Source: Ostrea edulis
Lineage: Eukaryota
Direction: 5' to 3'
Assembly (NCBI RefSeq): GCF_947568905.1
Contig: NC_079166.1
Location: 37,944,001-38,008,000 of the forward strand
Length of the DNA: 64,000 nt
Shown: piece by piece, positions 33,813 through 46,586 of the stretch
Layout: each line of letters begins with the position of its first letter
Numbering within the stretch: position 1 is the stretch's first letter
Made by a program: the position numbers and the translations under genes
The notes under the pieces: generated by a model
Database searches by the model: none
Told to the model about the DNA's origin: nothing
What the model saw: the letters and a program-made list of their open reading frames with translations, nothing else

Positions 33813-34560
33813 GTTTGGCGATTGTTGTGTTTCTTAACTATCTAAGAAATTTCCTGAACAACTGAATACGGGATGTTATCTGAAGGAAGAACAACGTGTG
33901 TTATGATTTGAATCCTAGAAGAAATATACTGACTAACAAAACGTATTGGTAGAGTGACAGTGTACTCTGCCCTACTTGTTCATAAGAACATACACTTATA
34001 AGGCTCTAAATGTCACTAGAAATAGTGGGGTTTTTTTCCATTACAACAGACAGATCAGATATGGAAGTCAAAAGTAATCGGTCACTTTCATTCCAGAGAC
34101 ACTTTTTCAATTTCAGCAAAATAGCCACAGAGTTTTCTGGGAAAATAAAACCTCATGTTTTTTTTTTTTTTTTTACGTAATGGACTTTCTAAATCATCAA
34201 TTCTTGTATGGTGGAGAAGCATTTAGCATGTCCTTGAATGAATTATACATATGGATATGAGAAGATTCATAATAGTTATGAATAAGTTATTTTTCTTTAT
34301 CTGGGCCGTGATAAACCTTAAATGTTATGACAACAAGAATTGTTTTGTCAAATATGGCCATCTTATTTGCAATTTTGACACAATAGATATTTGCTAACAA
34401 AGAAAGACAGCAAAATTCCTAAATTGGAGTTACATACAATTAGATTAGTTACGTGGCATTTCATGATATTTCTTTAGATGAAATATGCTTTTCTTGATAT
34501 ACATCTGTATTCACCGCGTAGGTACACGGACAATGTATTTCTAATGTACCTCACTGCTCG

Positions 34561-35640
34561 CAAAATTCAAAGAGAGACAGCTACTAGCAATTGTGATATT
34601 TTAGGCTGATACCCCCTTTCAAAGAGGGAGAATGCAGACATAGTTTTAAAAAAAACTGGATCAATACTTGAAAATAATTCTCAAAACAGTACTCTTAAGC
34701 AAAACAAAAGAAGATTGTCATATTCTTATACGACAAGCAAGATTCTCAGTCTAGTCGGAAAAAAAGTACAGAATAGGTCTTTCCAACTGTATATAAACAG
34801 CGTCCTTTCCTAAATACAGAATGTAGAGGGTAAACGAATAACCTTTGGTCCACGTACTTGTAATCTACATGAAAATAGGAACATGTGTGTACGTGTTATT
34901 ATTTGTGGGAAGACAATCGAAAAGCATAATAAACCACTTCTGCTCCATCCTACTTGCTAAGTAGGTCTGTAAGACTCTTGATATCACTTTAAAGCACTCT
35001 CAAGGATTATGAAAACATCAAGTTCCAAGTCCAGTTTATCATCTCAAACCACTGTTGGTACATATACATGAGGTACTATAGTAACATTTACATTAGTGAA
35101 TAAAACTAGTTAGAGATACAATATTTAAAAAATTCAAAAGAGAGACAACTACTAGTATTTGCCAACCCAAATATTGCAATACTTAAGGCCAATACCCCCT
35201 TTCAAAGAGGGAAAATTAGGACTTGGGTAAAAACTGGGATCATTCTTTGAAAAGAATTCTCAAAGCAATATTTGAATTTTAAACAAACCGAAAGAAGATT
35301 GTTTTTTTTTTTCTTTTACGATAAGCAAGATTGCAAGTCTAGTTGTAAATGAAAGTACAGAAAGTCTTTCCAATTCTATATAAACAATGTCCTTTCCTGT
35401 AGATGATAAACATATAACCTTTGGTTCACGTACTTGTAAGCTACATCATAACAGGATGTAGGTATGTATGTGTTTTTATTTGTACGGAGACATCAAAAAC
35501 TGGTGAACCACTTCTGCACCATCCTGCGCGTTAAATAAGTACGTCTTTAAGACTCTTGATATCACTTTGAGGCACTCTCAAAGATTATGAAAACACCAAG
35601 TTCCAAGTCCAGTTTATCCTCTGAAACTATTATTTATATT
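34561..35640 (+). repeat. Diverged direct duplication (about 34561-35070 and about 35128-35640) upstream of the SRCR start codon
   Basis: Shared blocks AAAATTCAAAGAGAGACA, ATACCCCCTTTCAAAGAGGG, ATAACCTTTGGT, AAGACTCTTGATATCACTTT, GATTATGAAAACA.CAAGTTCCAAGTCCAGTTTATC. Confidence 0.85.
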
Positions 35641-35849
35641 CAACAATTTTGACGATAAGCAATGTATATTAATTAAAGAATCCGCCTGATAGATAAAACC
35701 AAAAAACTGGCTGTAATAACAGTGCATGACTCGTTGCAGTGAATAACAGACACAAGCAACGTTTACCAATTTATTCATATAACAGCAATGACACATTCGG
35801 GATATACTGAAATGGACAATATCGGCCGCATGTGAAAATTTTGTGGGGT

Positions 35850-37800
35850 AACTGGGGAGTCACCCAGTGAGCCAGTTTAACTTAACTTGTAAGGGGGCCC
35901 GAGTAAAACATTCAGTGCCCAGATCTGAACGGACGCCAGCGTTCTAAGGAAGTAAGCGAGACTCGCCCTTCTCACCCTGTCTCCTGCAGTGCTACCTGGT
36001 ATGTACATTATCATGTTGGACATAAGCCCCAAACATGCATCAGACTGTAGCATCCCCTCACTGAAGTGAGGTGGATGTGGGCCCAACCGTCCCCGGTGGT
36101 GGCCCCACTATTAGTTTATTTGTTTTAACTTGTACGACTTTTAGTACTGTAAATTGCCCCCTGCTTTAGAAGTGGGTGGGGGAAACAACCAGGTTTTGGA
36201 GCAGAAACAGTCATCACATACCATTACCGACTCCCCAGTTCGGCCACAGACATTGGAACAATGTCCCCCACAAAAAACTTGTAGGATTAAAAACTGAGTG
36301 AAACTCAAAATACAATAAACAATTACATGGGTAAGAATAAGTCATTTGACCAAACCACAGTACTTGAAACTGGAGTTCCACAAAAATTACAGTAAACGCA
36401 CAATTGGCAAACAGCAACAAGCACGAAATGATAAATTACTTGTGCGGTGGGTAAGAAAAACCTTGACATTTGAAGAAAAAACCACCAAAAAAAACCCACC
36501 CAAACCACCACCCCCCCCCCCCCCAAAAAAAAATACCAAGGCCACTTGATATTGTTGAGAAATAATTGATTTCACAGGACCGACATACAGATGAGTGCCA
36601 TCTGTTCGGAACAACTCAATCTCAGTAGCCTTGATGACATGGTTGTGTCCAATGTACAAACCTCTAACCTGGTAAGCCATGAATTTTTATCATGCAACTA
36701 TGGGCAACATGCCAATATCTTCTAGGTACTGAAAACGTGTCGTAGGAGTGCCATCCGCATGAAAAGAGCAACATATAAGTAATGGGAGGGGGCTATAAAT
36801 ATGCCTTAATTAGTAGTGTTGGGCAGATAATTTGACAAACTAGGGGTTTGCCGGTTTGGTTGGTCTTGGACCTATGTGAAAATACCAACGTTTGACCTAG
36901 CTGGTTTTGAGAAACTTGTGGAATCGACAATGACAAAACTTACTGACTGCACAAACCGTAAAAATGTCAATGAAAAGGCTGCTGAAAAATTAAGACATGA
37001 TTAAAAAAAAAAGGCGAGCGACATACTGATGTTAAAGCACGAAAGATTTTAACAAATAATTGGTAAGATATAGGAAGTCTTGATATATTGAGACACCTAT
37101 AAACCGCTTGACACCTTCTAGGGATGAGAGACATTTGATTGGTTGTTTATGTACATCAACCAGAATTCGCTGTGAATTTTGCCCCAAGACATAGCAGGGT
37201 TGGAGGCCTTACGGAGTCGGAATTGGTCGTCATACTGCCAATTTTGTGAACGATTAGCTGCAAGCCTTATATCTCGCATGTACTTAAGCATTTCTTGGGC
37301 CGTTTGACTATGTTGAAGTACAATACTCATGTAAATCATGAAGGTTGATGTCCACTTTTTTATGATCAAAAAGGAGTTAAGTTGGCGCTTGACTACGCAT
37401 AGCTTGCCATTGACAAGTTGTAAATCCCCGTGGGACTCAAATTGCTCCAATTCCGTAGCAGATTTGAGTAGGACAGACAGATCAATAAATCCCCCCTCCC
37501 ATATTTTTTGCTTGAGCTTAAGCGGAACATGACTGCCGATATAATCGCATGTAGATGTAATTTGACAAGGTAAAGCCAAGGGTAAATATGCCGCTTGGTT
37601 CAACAAAAAAATTGCAAGACTCATCCGGGTTATCCGGTGTATTATCGAGTGGGAATCGAGGGACCTCCTCAGGGGGCTGTGGCTGCCCCTCTGCAGGGGC
37701 TAGTCGATCGATCCGTCCAAGGTGTAGTCCGACGATTACGTTTCATCCCGACCCCCCTGGCCGGGGATCTCTGGGTCGCTGCTCGTTTTTTAGGTGGCAT
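35850..37800 (-). mobile_element. Internally deleted Ngaro/DIRS-type retrotransposon
   Basis: Gag-like ORF 37118-37624; YR remnant FHADGTPTTRFQ near 36740; SGNH-like tail [18 protein letters not shown] near 36600; GC-richer terminal repeat-like block 35850-36120. No RT/RNase H visible. Confidence 0.7.
37118..37624 (-). CDS. Ngaro/DIRS gag-like protein (partial)
   Basis: KIWEGGFIDLSVLL...WTSTFMIYMSI...EMLKYMRDIRLAA...WQYDDQFRLRK...SWGKIHSEFWL pattern. Confidence 0.7.
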   Translation of the reverse strand: MSLAIFLLNQAAYLPLALPCQITSTCDYIGSHVPLKLKQKIWEGGFIDLSVLLKSATELEQFESHGDLQLVNGKLCVVKRQLNSFLIIKKWTSTFMIYMSIVLQHSQTAQEMLKYMRDIRLAANRSQNWQYDDQFRLRKASNPAMSWGKIHSEFWLMYINNQSNVSHP

Positions 37801-38085
37801 TCCTAGTGTAGGAAAAAATTGTCAAAAAGCTATGTGTAGGAAATAAATCCCAAAAGGGGAGAAAAAACTTCGGCCACGTGCTTGGTTTCCGCCTCAAATA
37901 CAAGAACCACGTTGCTGCTTCTGTTGGAAAAAGTGTAATGAATGGGTTCGATCACAGGGGGCGTTTTCACCTCGAACTCTAGTTTCGTCACGGGTCACGA
38001 GAGTTCGACGTAAACAACGAGAGTTTGAGCCCGGGATTAAATCGAGTTCAACTCTAACACGATACAGGGTTCTGACGCAGTAAAG

Positions 38086-39902
38086 ATGGCGGCGCGCGGT
38101 GGAGATAACATGTGAGTATATTTGTTTTCGTGTTCATTTCAAATAATCACAAGTTTTTAGGGTTAGGAATCGTAATACAAAACTCTTGAATTAATATCCA
38201 TATTATACTGTATTAAAAAACAATCGGCAATATTGTATCGTCTTGTACTGGGATATTTTGGGTATAATAAACAGAGCAATCAGAAGTATGTATATAAATA
38301 AGTAAAAAAAAATCTTCGTTTTAATGAAATTCATTAAACATGCATGACAGATTACTGTAGATTCCTTATTTTACGCGAGAACTTAATTCCGCAATCCCAT
38401 CGTTTTCTATCAAATCGCGAGAACATAAAATCGCGAGCGCCGAACATTTGTAATAATTCCATAAAGTATACAACTGTCAAAAAATAATAGCGAAGTTTTA
38501 GAATCTGCGAAGGAAGCTTCTCGCGATTTTACGCGGATATTAATTCCTTGCGTTTATTAGGAATCTGAGTAATGGCGATATTGTAGCATAGATGTTTGGT
38601 TTTTTTTTCTCAACAGGATTTTTATCCATTTTCAGGGTCCAAATACAATTGGAAGATGGCCAATGTGTTTTCATTGACGAAGACCTTGCTAAAATCTATT
38701 TAGCTGAAGATGGTGGTATGCATACAATTTACATATAACTAAAAAAGTAAAATCATGAACATTTGTTTAGGCACTGGTAAGGAACCTGTTTTGTTTCATA
38801 AATATTTGTTTGTTGATTATCTAGCATGTTTTTGGACTTTTCTTAAAGAATTGGTATCAGTAACAATCAACAATTTCATTCTCAGATCCAGAGACAAAAA
38901 GGGCAATCAGAGATGCAATTCTAGCATGCCGTAAATCAAATTCGACTTCACCCGGTACATTGGAGACCATTCCTATACGCTCATCCTCATCTGAATCCCC
39001 GTCATCTGGTCCTTCACCACCCTCCAGCGTCTCTACTTCCAGTTCCGACTCGCAGGTAGATTGGAACTTTATTGAACATCATTCCCCGAAATTTTTACCT
39101 GACAAAAATCTTGACTTTTTATTAATGTCTTCTTGTGAAAGTACGAAGTGTTTTTCTTCATTATTTACACGTTCTTACTCTGGACCTGAAAACGATACAG
39201 ATAGTTCGTGTTGTCAAGTCAGAGTATCGGATGACATCATTTTAACATATAACGAGTTCCACGGTCTACTTACTGAAAAATTAAATTTACTTACAGCAGA
39301 CCATGCATGTTTGGAATGAAAGTGAAGAAAGATTCTTAATCGATTTAAGGCTGCAGAGGGAAGAGAGATTTTTAGGCACCAAATCTCACGATTTTTTGTG
39401 GGGAGAAATATCATCAGAAATGAAGAAAAATGGTATACATGTTTCCAAAACACAACTTATCAACAAATGGAAGGCGTTGAAAAAGAAATATAAAGAAGTA
39501 AACGATGAGAACAATAAAACTGGAAATCAAAAACACTCCTGGAAATACTTTGATCAGTTCAGTGAAGTTTATGGCAACAAGGCATCCACAAATGTAAGCG
39601 TGTCCTTCGACACAGGACGGAGAGATAAAATGAAAATCAACATAGATAGCAAAGATGAAGATATTTCACTTGTTCCAGAGAAAGAAAAGCAATCCACATC
39701 TAGTGACACAGATTCCAAATCAACAGCTACAGGCACAAAGCTGAAATCTAAGGAGCGCAAAATGTCCGACAGCACAAAATTGATAGAAAATATTCAAGAG
39801 CAAAACAGAGAGCTTATGAACTCCATGGAAAAGCACCATGAGGAGAAAATGCGCCGAATAGATCGTATGCTAGAACTATTGGAGAAGTCCTTGGACAAAT
39901 AA
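38086..39902 (+). CDS. Harbinger Myb/SANT-like (trihelix) DNA-binding protein, about 293 aa
   Basis: Exons 38086-38111, 38636-38715, 38886-39055, 39297-39902 (GT-AG, in frame); WNESEERFLIDLR...FLWGEISSEMKKNG...QLINKWKALKKKYK. The last exon is solid, the upstream exons less so. Confidence 0.8.
38355..38569. mobile_element. Tc1/mariner-type MITE in Myb intron 1
   Basis: TA-CTGTAGATTCCTTATTTTACGCG ... TTAGGAATCTGAG-TA (degenerate right TIR). Confidence 0.65.
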
Positions 39903-40032
39903 TTCACCTCATGTATTTTTTCCCCATCTACAAAGTGTGTACAGGACTGGCAAAGTCCCAGTTTTTAGTTTTCTATGAAGAAGTCTTCATTATTTTCAGC
40001 AATTTCAGTTGCTGAACACCACACAGGGACCT

Positions 40033-40216
40033 GAAGTGTGGATAGCGTGTATAGATCTTATGTACATACCCACTCACCCCCCCCCCCCCACCCACACACA
40101 CACACCCTTTAGACCCAATGAATTTTTTTTAAAATATAGAATCAATTAAAAAAAATCATTTCGTCTAAAGGGGGGGGGGGTATATACATAAGATCTATAC
40201 AAGCTATCCACACTTC
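40033..40216. repeat. About 185-bp imperfect palindrome (MITE-like) between the convergent Harbinger genes
   Basis: GAAGTGTGGATAGCGTGTATAGATCTTATGTACATACCC / GGGTATATACATAAGATCTATACAAGCTATCCACACTTC, plus an inner pair CCCTTTAGAC..AATGA.TTTTTT. Confidence 0.85.
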
Positions 40217-40514
40217 CGGTGCTTGTGGAACACCATACCATTCATTCATTTTATTTCTCCAATGGTTGTGATACAATCAGTGAAGGTCTTATCATATGTA
40301 ATACTACAACAAATTATTTCAAAACGAAATTATTGTTGTATTCTAGTTTCAAAATAATGAGAGAGTCTTTTCTATGCTGTAATTTGCATTTGCTTTTTCA
40401 CAAAAAGTGAATAAAAGATTGACATTTGATTTGTTTGAAGTTTAATCTAATACTTGTATGCAGCAAACTCTAGGCACATGCATAATTATACAAAATACTG
40501 TGATAATGAAGTCT

Positions 40515-41872
40515 TTACAAGGGCATTGTATCCATTAGCTGCTGTCTGAATAATGCTCCATCCCTTCCGTCAACATAAATGTTTGGGTAGGCATTAGGAT
40601 GCCCGTCGTCATCATTGTCTATAAAGGCTTCAACGTCATCGTGATGTAAAACACACAGATTATGCAGGATGCATCCTGAAATAATCAGTGAGACTATACG
40701 GGACAGCTTTCGAACAGGTATTTCTCGTAGCCTCCTAAATCTTCCTTTTAAGTGCCCATATACTCGCTCAACAATTTGTCTTGCGGAGGACAGCATCTGA
40801 TTAAATCGGCGTTGTTGTGCATTCAGTCTTCCATTGTCTCGGAAAGGCGTTACCAACCAATTCCTCAGGGGATAGGCACTGTCCGCGATAATAAATTTCC
40901 CATGCACTACACATTGTCCATTTTCGGAATTGTCGAACAAAGAAGAATTTCGGAGGACACGTGCATCATGGGTGCACCCAGGCCAGCCCGTGTACGCATC
41001 ACGTATAAGCATGTCACAGTCTGCCACATCCTGTTTATTTCAATAGAATCACATTAGGGATAACCATTAAAAATTGTTTTATATGATTAATACTTTGTCT
41101 TATTGATGAAAAAAATGAATGACATTAACGTAGAGTTTACACGTGTAATTTACCTGTAGTTGGATGGAAGGGAAGTTTTTTCGGTTGAAATAATCTCTGT
41201 CACCACCAGGGGCTGTTGTTAACCGAATATGCGTTCCATCCAAGGAACCAATAACGCCTCGCAAACCAGACTGGAGTTGAAATTCCCTTGATATAGCTTG
41301 TTGTGTATAAGGATCTGGCCAGTTAATCACCTAAAACATATTTACACATGCATGGATACAAACTTATTTTACTATTTTATATTTGGATTGAAATCTTAAA
41401 AATAATCTCTACCACGATTTCAACTTACGTTAACCATGTTTTCGTTGATCGCATTTGATACCGTGATTACGATTTCGTGCACAGTTGTAATGCCTACTGC
41501 AAATGTATTGCTGACTTCTCTTAACGTTTCCTGGTTCGCAATGTACCAAAGAAATACCAGCAGTTTTTTATTGGGCGGTATTGGTTCAGAACCACCGGGC
41601 CATGCGTTATCATCTGTGATAGAATCTACAACTGAATTCAGGATTATTTCATAAATTTCCGGGCTCACTCGGAAATGTCTTCGACATTGTTTGCTGTCAA
41701 ATTGTGGCACAATGTTTTCCGAAAAGCCTCCAAGTCTTGGAATATAACGCCGCTCTAGATTTAAAAGAATTTGAATGATCCAGGTCTGTTTTACCGCGAG
41801 CAAAAACAAAATGTCCGTTTCATCTTCAATAAATAAATCTTCATACAATTGTGCTTTGATGACATTCTCCAT
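40515..41872 (-). CDS. Harbinger DDE transposase (HARBI1-like), intact, 378 aa, 3 exons
   Basis: Exons 41429-41872, 41154-41330, 40515-41030 (phase 0, GT-AG); DGTH, HDAR, ADSAYP and VERVYGHLKGRFRRL motifs; no stops. Confidence 0.92.
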
Positions 41873-43099
41873 TTTGGAGAGTTTCTAGAGTCAAGGAAAA
41901 TCATTCGCGTCTAAATCTGCGTGCGCATCAAGAGTTTAATATCCAGAGGTAAAACAAGAGTACGACGTGAAAACGCCCAGGGAGTACCGAGTGTGACGTA
42001 GTGCATACAAATTAACTTGTACCATCTAGCCGCTAAAGTCACGTAGACCCGACCTACAGGGTGTATCAAAATTAACACGGACTATTTGATATAAACTCAA
42101 ATAATCTCGAATATTGGAAGGACCTCTGGCATTTCGAAGCTCGTTTTTTGTCACACTGACTATTATTATGATGAAATAACAATATTGTTGAGTGATTATG
42201 TCATTTATTGAAACAAATGACGACAGAGAAAAAAATACATCATAGTTCAAATTTTATACAAAATTAATTGGCTGGGACCACTTAATATACAAAATAGAAC
42301 TAGATTTGCAACTGCGCAAATAAACATATATACATTACACAGATTGATCCCAGCCAATATACAACTAAAACACTAATGATGTCAAAAAGGTGGGGCACAA
42401 AAAAGGCCAAACACTATAAAGGCCTATGCACCCTTACAAAAACCAAATGCAAAAGAAATTATCGAGTAATCATGCAGTAAAAATGGGATGGAGGAGGGGA
42501 TGTGGAGGTAACTAAATTACATTAGTCTGTGTAAAAATAAAATTTAAAAAATTCGCAGACCAAATTACTTTGTTACCTTTTGTAAGTATTGGATTCAAAA
42601 TGATAACGTGACATTAGCAAATTTGACGTCATGAAATAGTCTTACGACGTAAGAATGTATTGATGCATTGTGATGTCACAATGCAAGCATGAAAATCTGA
42701 CCGTCTTTACTTTTACGAAAAAATGCATAAAACATATTATTCACAATCGTATCATTTAAGTACTTGTATGGACAAAGAAAGTAAAGAGGAGTACAAACTT
42801 CTGAATATAAAATAATGTAACGTTACATTAAATATTTATTGGTACATGAGGCACAATAGTGATAGAGATACATTAATGAATAAAGCTAGTCAGAAGTACA
42901 ATATATAAAACAACATTGTTTTTTCTTTTTGAGTTGACATTATTTCTATAAATTTAACAAAATTGGGTCTTTGGGAGTAATAATCATCAGATAATCTTTT
43001 TTTATATTAATTGATGATTTAAATTCTAGCAGACAAATACATGTATATAACATGTTATATATGTCCCTGATTCTAGAAAATATTGAAAATCGTCAGTAA

Positions 43100-43540
43100 A
43101 TCAAGTATTATATTACACAATATTTACATTCACTGAATCTTTTCTCTTATATTTCTTTTGAAATTGACATCATTTTCATCTGAGACAATGAATGCATATT
43201 TGTTGCAAACTAGTTCTATCCGGTGTTTAGTACCACCTGTCTGTGTAACCATGACCAAATATGGAGCGTCATCAAGGTCAAACGGTGCATTGGCTGCTCT
43301 GTTTAACACAACAAGTAGGTCAATCATGTGGTATTTTAGTACTTAAATCTAGTTTATATTTTAAAACAATGCATAAAAATATAAACACAAACAATGAAAT
43401 GTCGATTGTTCGTGTGTCGTCGGGTGATGACGATAACAATCATTCTAAATAACCCGCTTAACCCGCTTACGCGAGTTATGAAATTTTTCTGTAATGCTAG
43501 CTACCTTCATCAGCAGATGAAAAAACAAAGAAAGCATATC
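43100..43540. repeat. Dispersed repeat; inverted copy at about 46860-47290 and direct partial copy at about 20430-20570
   Basis: CACTGAATCTTTTCTCTTATATTTC...TTTGTTGCAAACTAGTTC.ATCCGG shared among the three; GCTAGCTACC.TTCATCA...AAAGAAAGCAT shared with 46865-46935 in reverse. Confidence 0.75.
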
Positions 43541-43711
43541 ATTGTTTAAGTCTACAGAGTTTTTCACAAAAATACCACGTCATCTTCCATTCTCTACCAG
43601 TAGACGATAGTACGAAATTTTAAAGATATAATTGTAAATTTCGGAGAGAATTTATTGATTTAATTTTACAAACCAAAGTTTTGTTTAAAGATTCTGTACA
43701 CTCGGCCCTTG

Positions 43712-43751
<40 letters not shown>

Positions 43752-43789
43752 TATCTTGTAAAGTTTAATAATGTGACAGCATAGCCGAC

Positions 43790-45180
43790 CTAGAATGTAA
43801 AACCTGCAGAGACCCAAAGTCAAACACAGGGTGACTCCAACTTTAGTATCTCAGAAATTATTGCCCACTTGACCCTGGAGCCTTTAAAATTCACACCCTT
43901 CAGACCAGCTAGACATGTCATTATTGGTGGTGTTGATATAGTTGAAAATGAGGACCTAAATCACTTAATACAGAGAACCTAAATACAGAGAACCTCGGTC
44001 TTTTCGTTGGCGATAAAACTTCATCTCTATTATAACTTCTGTCGAAGATTATGCCAGACTATGGGCTAGATATGAAAAAGAAGAATTTAATTTATCGTGA
44101 GAATGAATTAAAAGTATCAGAGGAATATCAATATCCCGCATTAGACATATTAAAACAAAAGTACGTACCATCTATGCGTCTGTGCCCAGTAAACCAGAAG
44201 TAATAAAAGAATTAGGGAGGTTACATGAGGAATATATTTTCGTTCCAGCTGACATAGCTTGTAACAACATTGTCTTTGTTAGCAATGCTCATAATTACAA
44301 TGTATTTTATACGAACTTGACATTGATTCCACTTTTGGTAATCGTACTTATACTCCAACTGCCCTTTCAAAAGATGAAATTCTTCAAAATCATGTTTCAG
44401 TTTTAGACACATTTAATATACAAGTCAATGGGTCGAATGAATATGATTTACCGTACCTATACTGGATTCCTAGACTACATACAAACCTTTACAAACAAAG
44501 ATACATTGCTGGATCCAGTAAGTGCTCTACCAAGCCCCTATCTTTGCTCTTCACGAAAATATTAACAGCTGTGAAGGAGAAACTTCAAAGTTACTGTACC
44601 ACTACATATGCGAGAAGCAGTGTAAATCATATATGGATTCTAAAAATTTCAAAAGAACGTTTAGCAAACTTGATTCACAAAGCTTTCCTCAAATCAACAA
44701 CATCAAAACGTATGACTTTACACGACCATTCCTCACGATCAATTAAAGACTACATTTTTTGACCTCCTAGATAGTTGCTTCTTCAACAAAAATGGAAAAC
44801 GGACATATTCATATCTAGTGATCAGTCATCCTAAATATTACTCTGTTAAACAACACTTTGATTCCACACACAAGTACTCTGAAGATAAAATTGAAAATAT
44901 GCTTAAGTCCCCCATTGACAATATATTCATGGTCTTTGGTGATCAGGTCTTCCAACAGTCTGTTGGAATTCCCATGGGCATGAATGTTGCTCCTTTGTTA
45001 GCTAACATGTTTTCATATTCTTATGAAGCAGAATTTATTTTAAAAAAACTTCTACGCCAGAACAAATTTCTTACGGTGGTCTTCAATGCGGTATCTAGGT
45101 ATATGGACGACGTTTCATCTAATAATAATGATAATAATTTTCATTCATATGTTGATTCGATATATCCCTGTAATATTTTG
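43790..45180 (+). mobile_element. Penelope-like element (Naiad-like) RT fragment
   Basis: HVIIG..IVENEDL..PKYREP; VPADIACNNIVFV; LPYLYWIPRLH.KPYKQRYIAGSSKCSTKP; QQSVGIPMGMNVAP; RYMDDVSS. Frameshifted. The Naiad subgroup call is from recall. Confidence 0.8.
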
Positions 45181-45599
45181 AGGCTGTCATTATGCGGGCT
45201 GTAAGAAGTTGTGATTTCTTGGGTTATACGTGATGACGAACGGAGGATTTTTCGTTCATGTACATGCAAGTCTCCTGATATTTTCTCACGGACTTGAGTG
45301 AATCCTAGTACTTGAAGGTTTAGTTTACATGAGCAACATGACGCAAATTTAAGTGATATTTTGAGAATTCTGCATATCAGAATGACGTTCTATGTGTGTA
45401 AATAAGAACTTTTATGTAAAAATGTAGAGCGAAAAGCTCTCCGAGTTAAAATTTAATCTTTATTAGTATTTTTGTATAATATTAATTATTCTCAACACTT
45501 TTCAGATAGTTTTGGTACAAATGCGATCTCAGAATATTGCATGACCTATAACTTTAATTCGGTCTTTGTCATTTTGATGCTTTCTTCTCGTATTCCATC

Positions 45600-45845
45600 T
45601 TCGGTGGGGATCCGAGTAAGAATAGGTCCTCATTACCCCTTGCTTGTCATAAGAGGCGATTTCATGGGGTGGCTCTTCAGATGAGACAGCAAAAAGCAAG
45701 GGTGTGGTACGATTAAGATCCCTCCTGCTCAAAGGCCGTAAGTGTTGAACATATGACTAGTTTTTACAGCCCTTCATCAATAATGGTGACGTCTCAATAT
45801 GCGTGAAAGATTCTGGAGAGGGGCGTTAAACAATATACAACCAAC
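45600..45845 (+). mobile_element. SINE fragment (MetaSINE-like core)
   Basis: CCCTTGCTTGTCATAAGAGGCGA core, then GCTCAAAGGCCGTAAG...GTTAAACAATATACAACCAACC tail. Confidence 0.6.
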
Positions 45846-45929
45846 CATCCTCAAAGGGTTTTAAACTCGCTGTTTCTATATTCATTCTATGTAAATAACA
45901 CGTGTGGCATGTAAAACGTTGCCTTATGC

Positions 45930-46150
45930 AATAATCTTCTTATGTACGTGTATGTTCAATAGTTTGTGATGTATATTCAATACCTTGTGATGTATGTTCA
46001 ATAGTTTGTGATGTATATTCAATACTTTCTTATGTATGTTCTATATCTTGTGATGCATATTCGATACCTTGTGATGTATGTTCAATAGTTTGTGATGTAT
46101 ATTCAATACCTTGTGATGTATGTTCAATAGTTTGTGATGTATATTCGATA
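45930..46150. repeat. About 20-21-bp minisatellite (TTGTGATGTAT(A/G)TTCAATA(CC/GT))
   Basis: About 9-10 tandem units seen directly. Confidence 0.9.
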
Positions 46151-46586
46151 CTCTTCTGATACATGTGCGGTACTTGCAGTGTAGGTACATGTAATATGAC
46201 GCAATAGCTAGATATATTAAGGACACTGTGGCATTGAATGAAAAATAATTTTCCATTCTATTGAGTAATTTACACAGAAAGAGGTCACGTATCTGTTGAT
46301 TATTAATCGTAAGAACGAAAAAGGTGAAATCTGGTATGAATGTACTTTGATTATTGAATATACGGGAGACATAATTTGGATGAAACTAATGAATGTGTTT
46401 TGCAATTTTGAGTCGTATTGGCACAATACCTGTTTGTGGGATTAAAGGAAACACCCAAACATGGTGTTGTTAATACATAAAACGTGAAGGACAACATGTG
46501 ATGCATAGAATTTATTAAAGAAACAAAAACATCGATTTAAAGAAATAGTTCATGAGTCTGGTCCATAGATCTTCATATTGATGAAT

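Larger units (their letters stand above)
37959..41978. mobile_element. Apparently complete PIF/Harbinger DNA transposon (4020 bp)
   Basis: TIRs GGGCGTTTTCACCTCGAACTCT / AGAGTACGACGTGAAAACGCCC (20/22 match); 3-bp AGG target duplication at 37956-37958 and 41979-41981; convergent Myb and transposase genes. Confidence 0.92.

Noticed and set aside
40752-41654. Plus-strand ORFs overlapping the Harbinger transposase
   Set aside because: Antisense shadows with no independent coding signal.
45670-45700. CAGATGAGACAGCAAAA resembling a hammerhead core in the SINE
   Set aside because: The core is not CUGANGA, there is no GAAA or stem III, and no stem I pairing.
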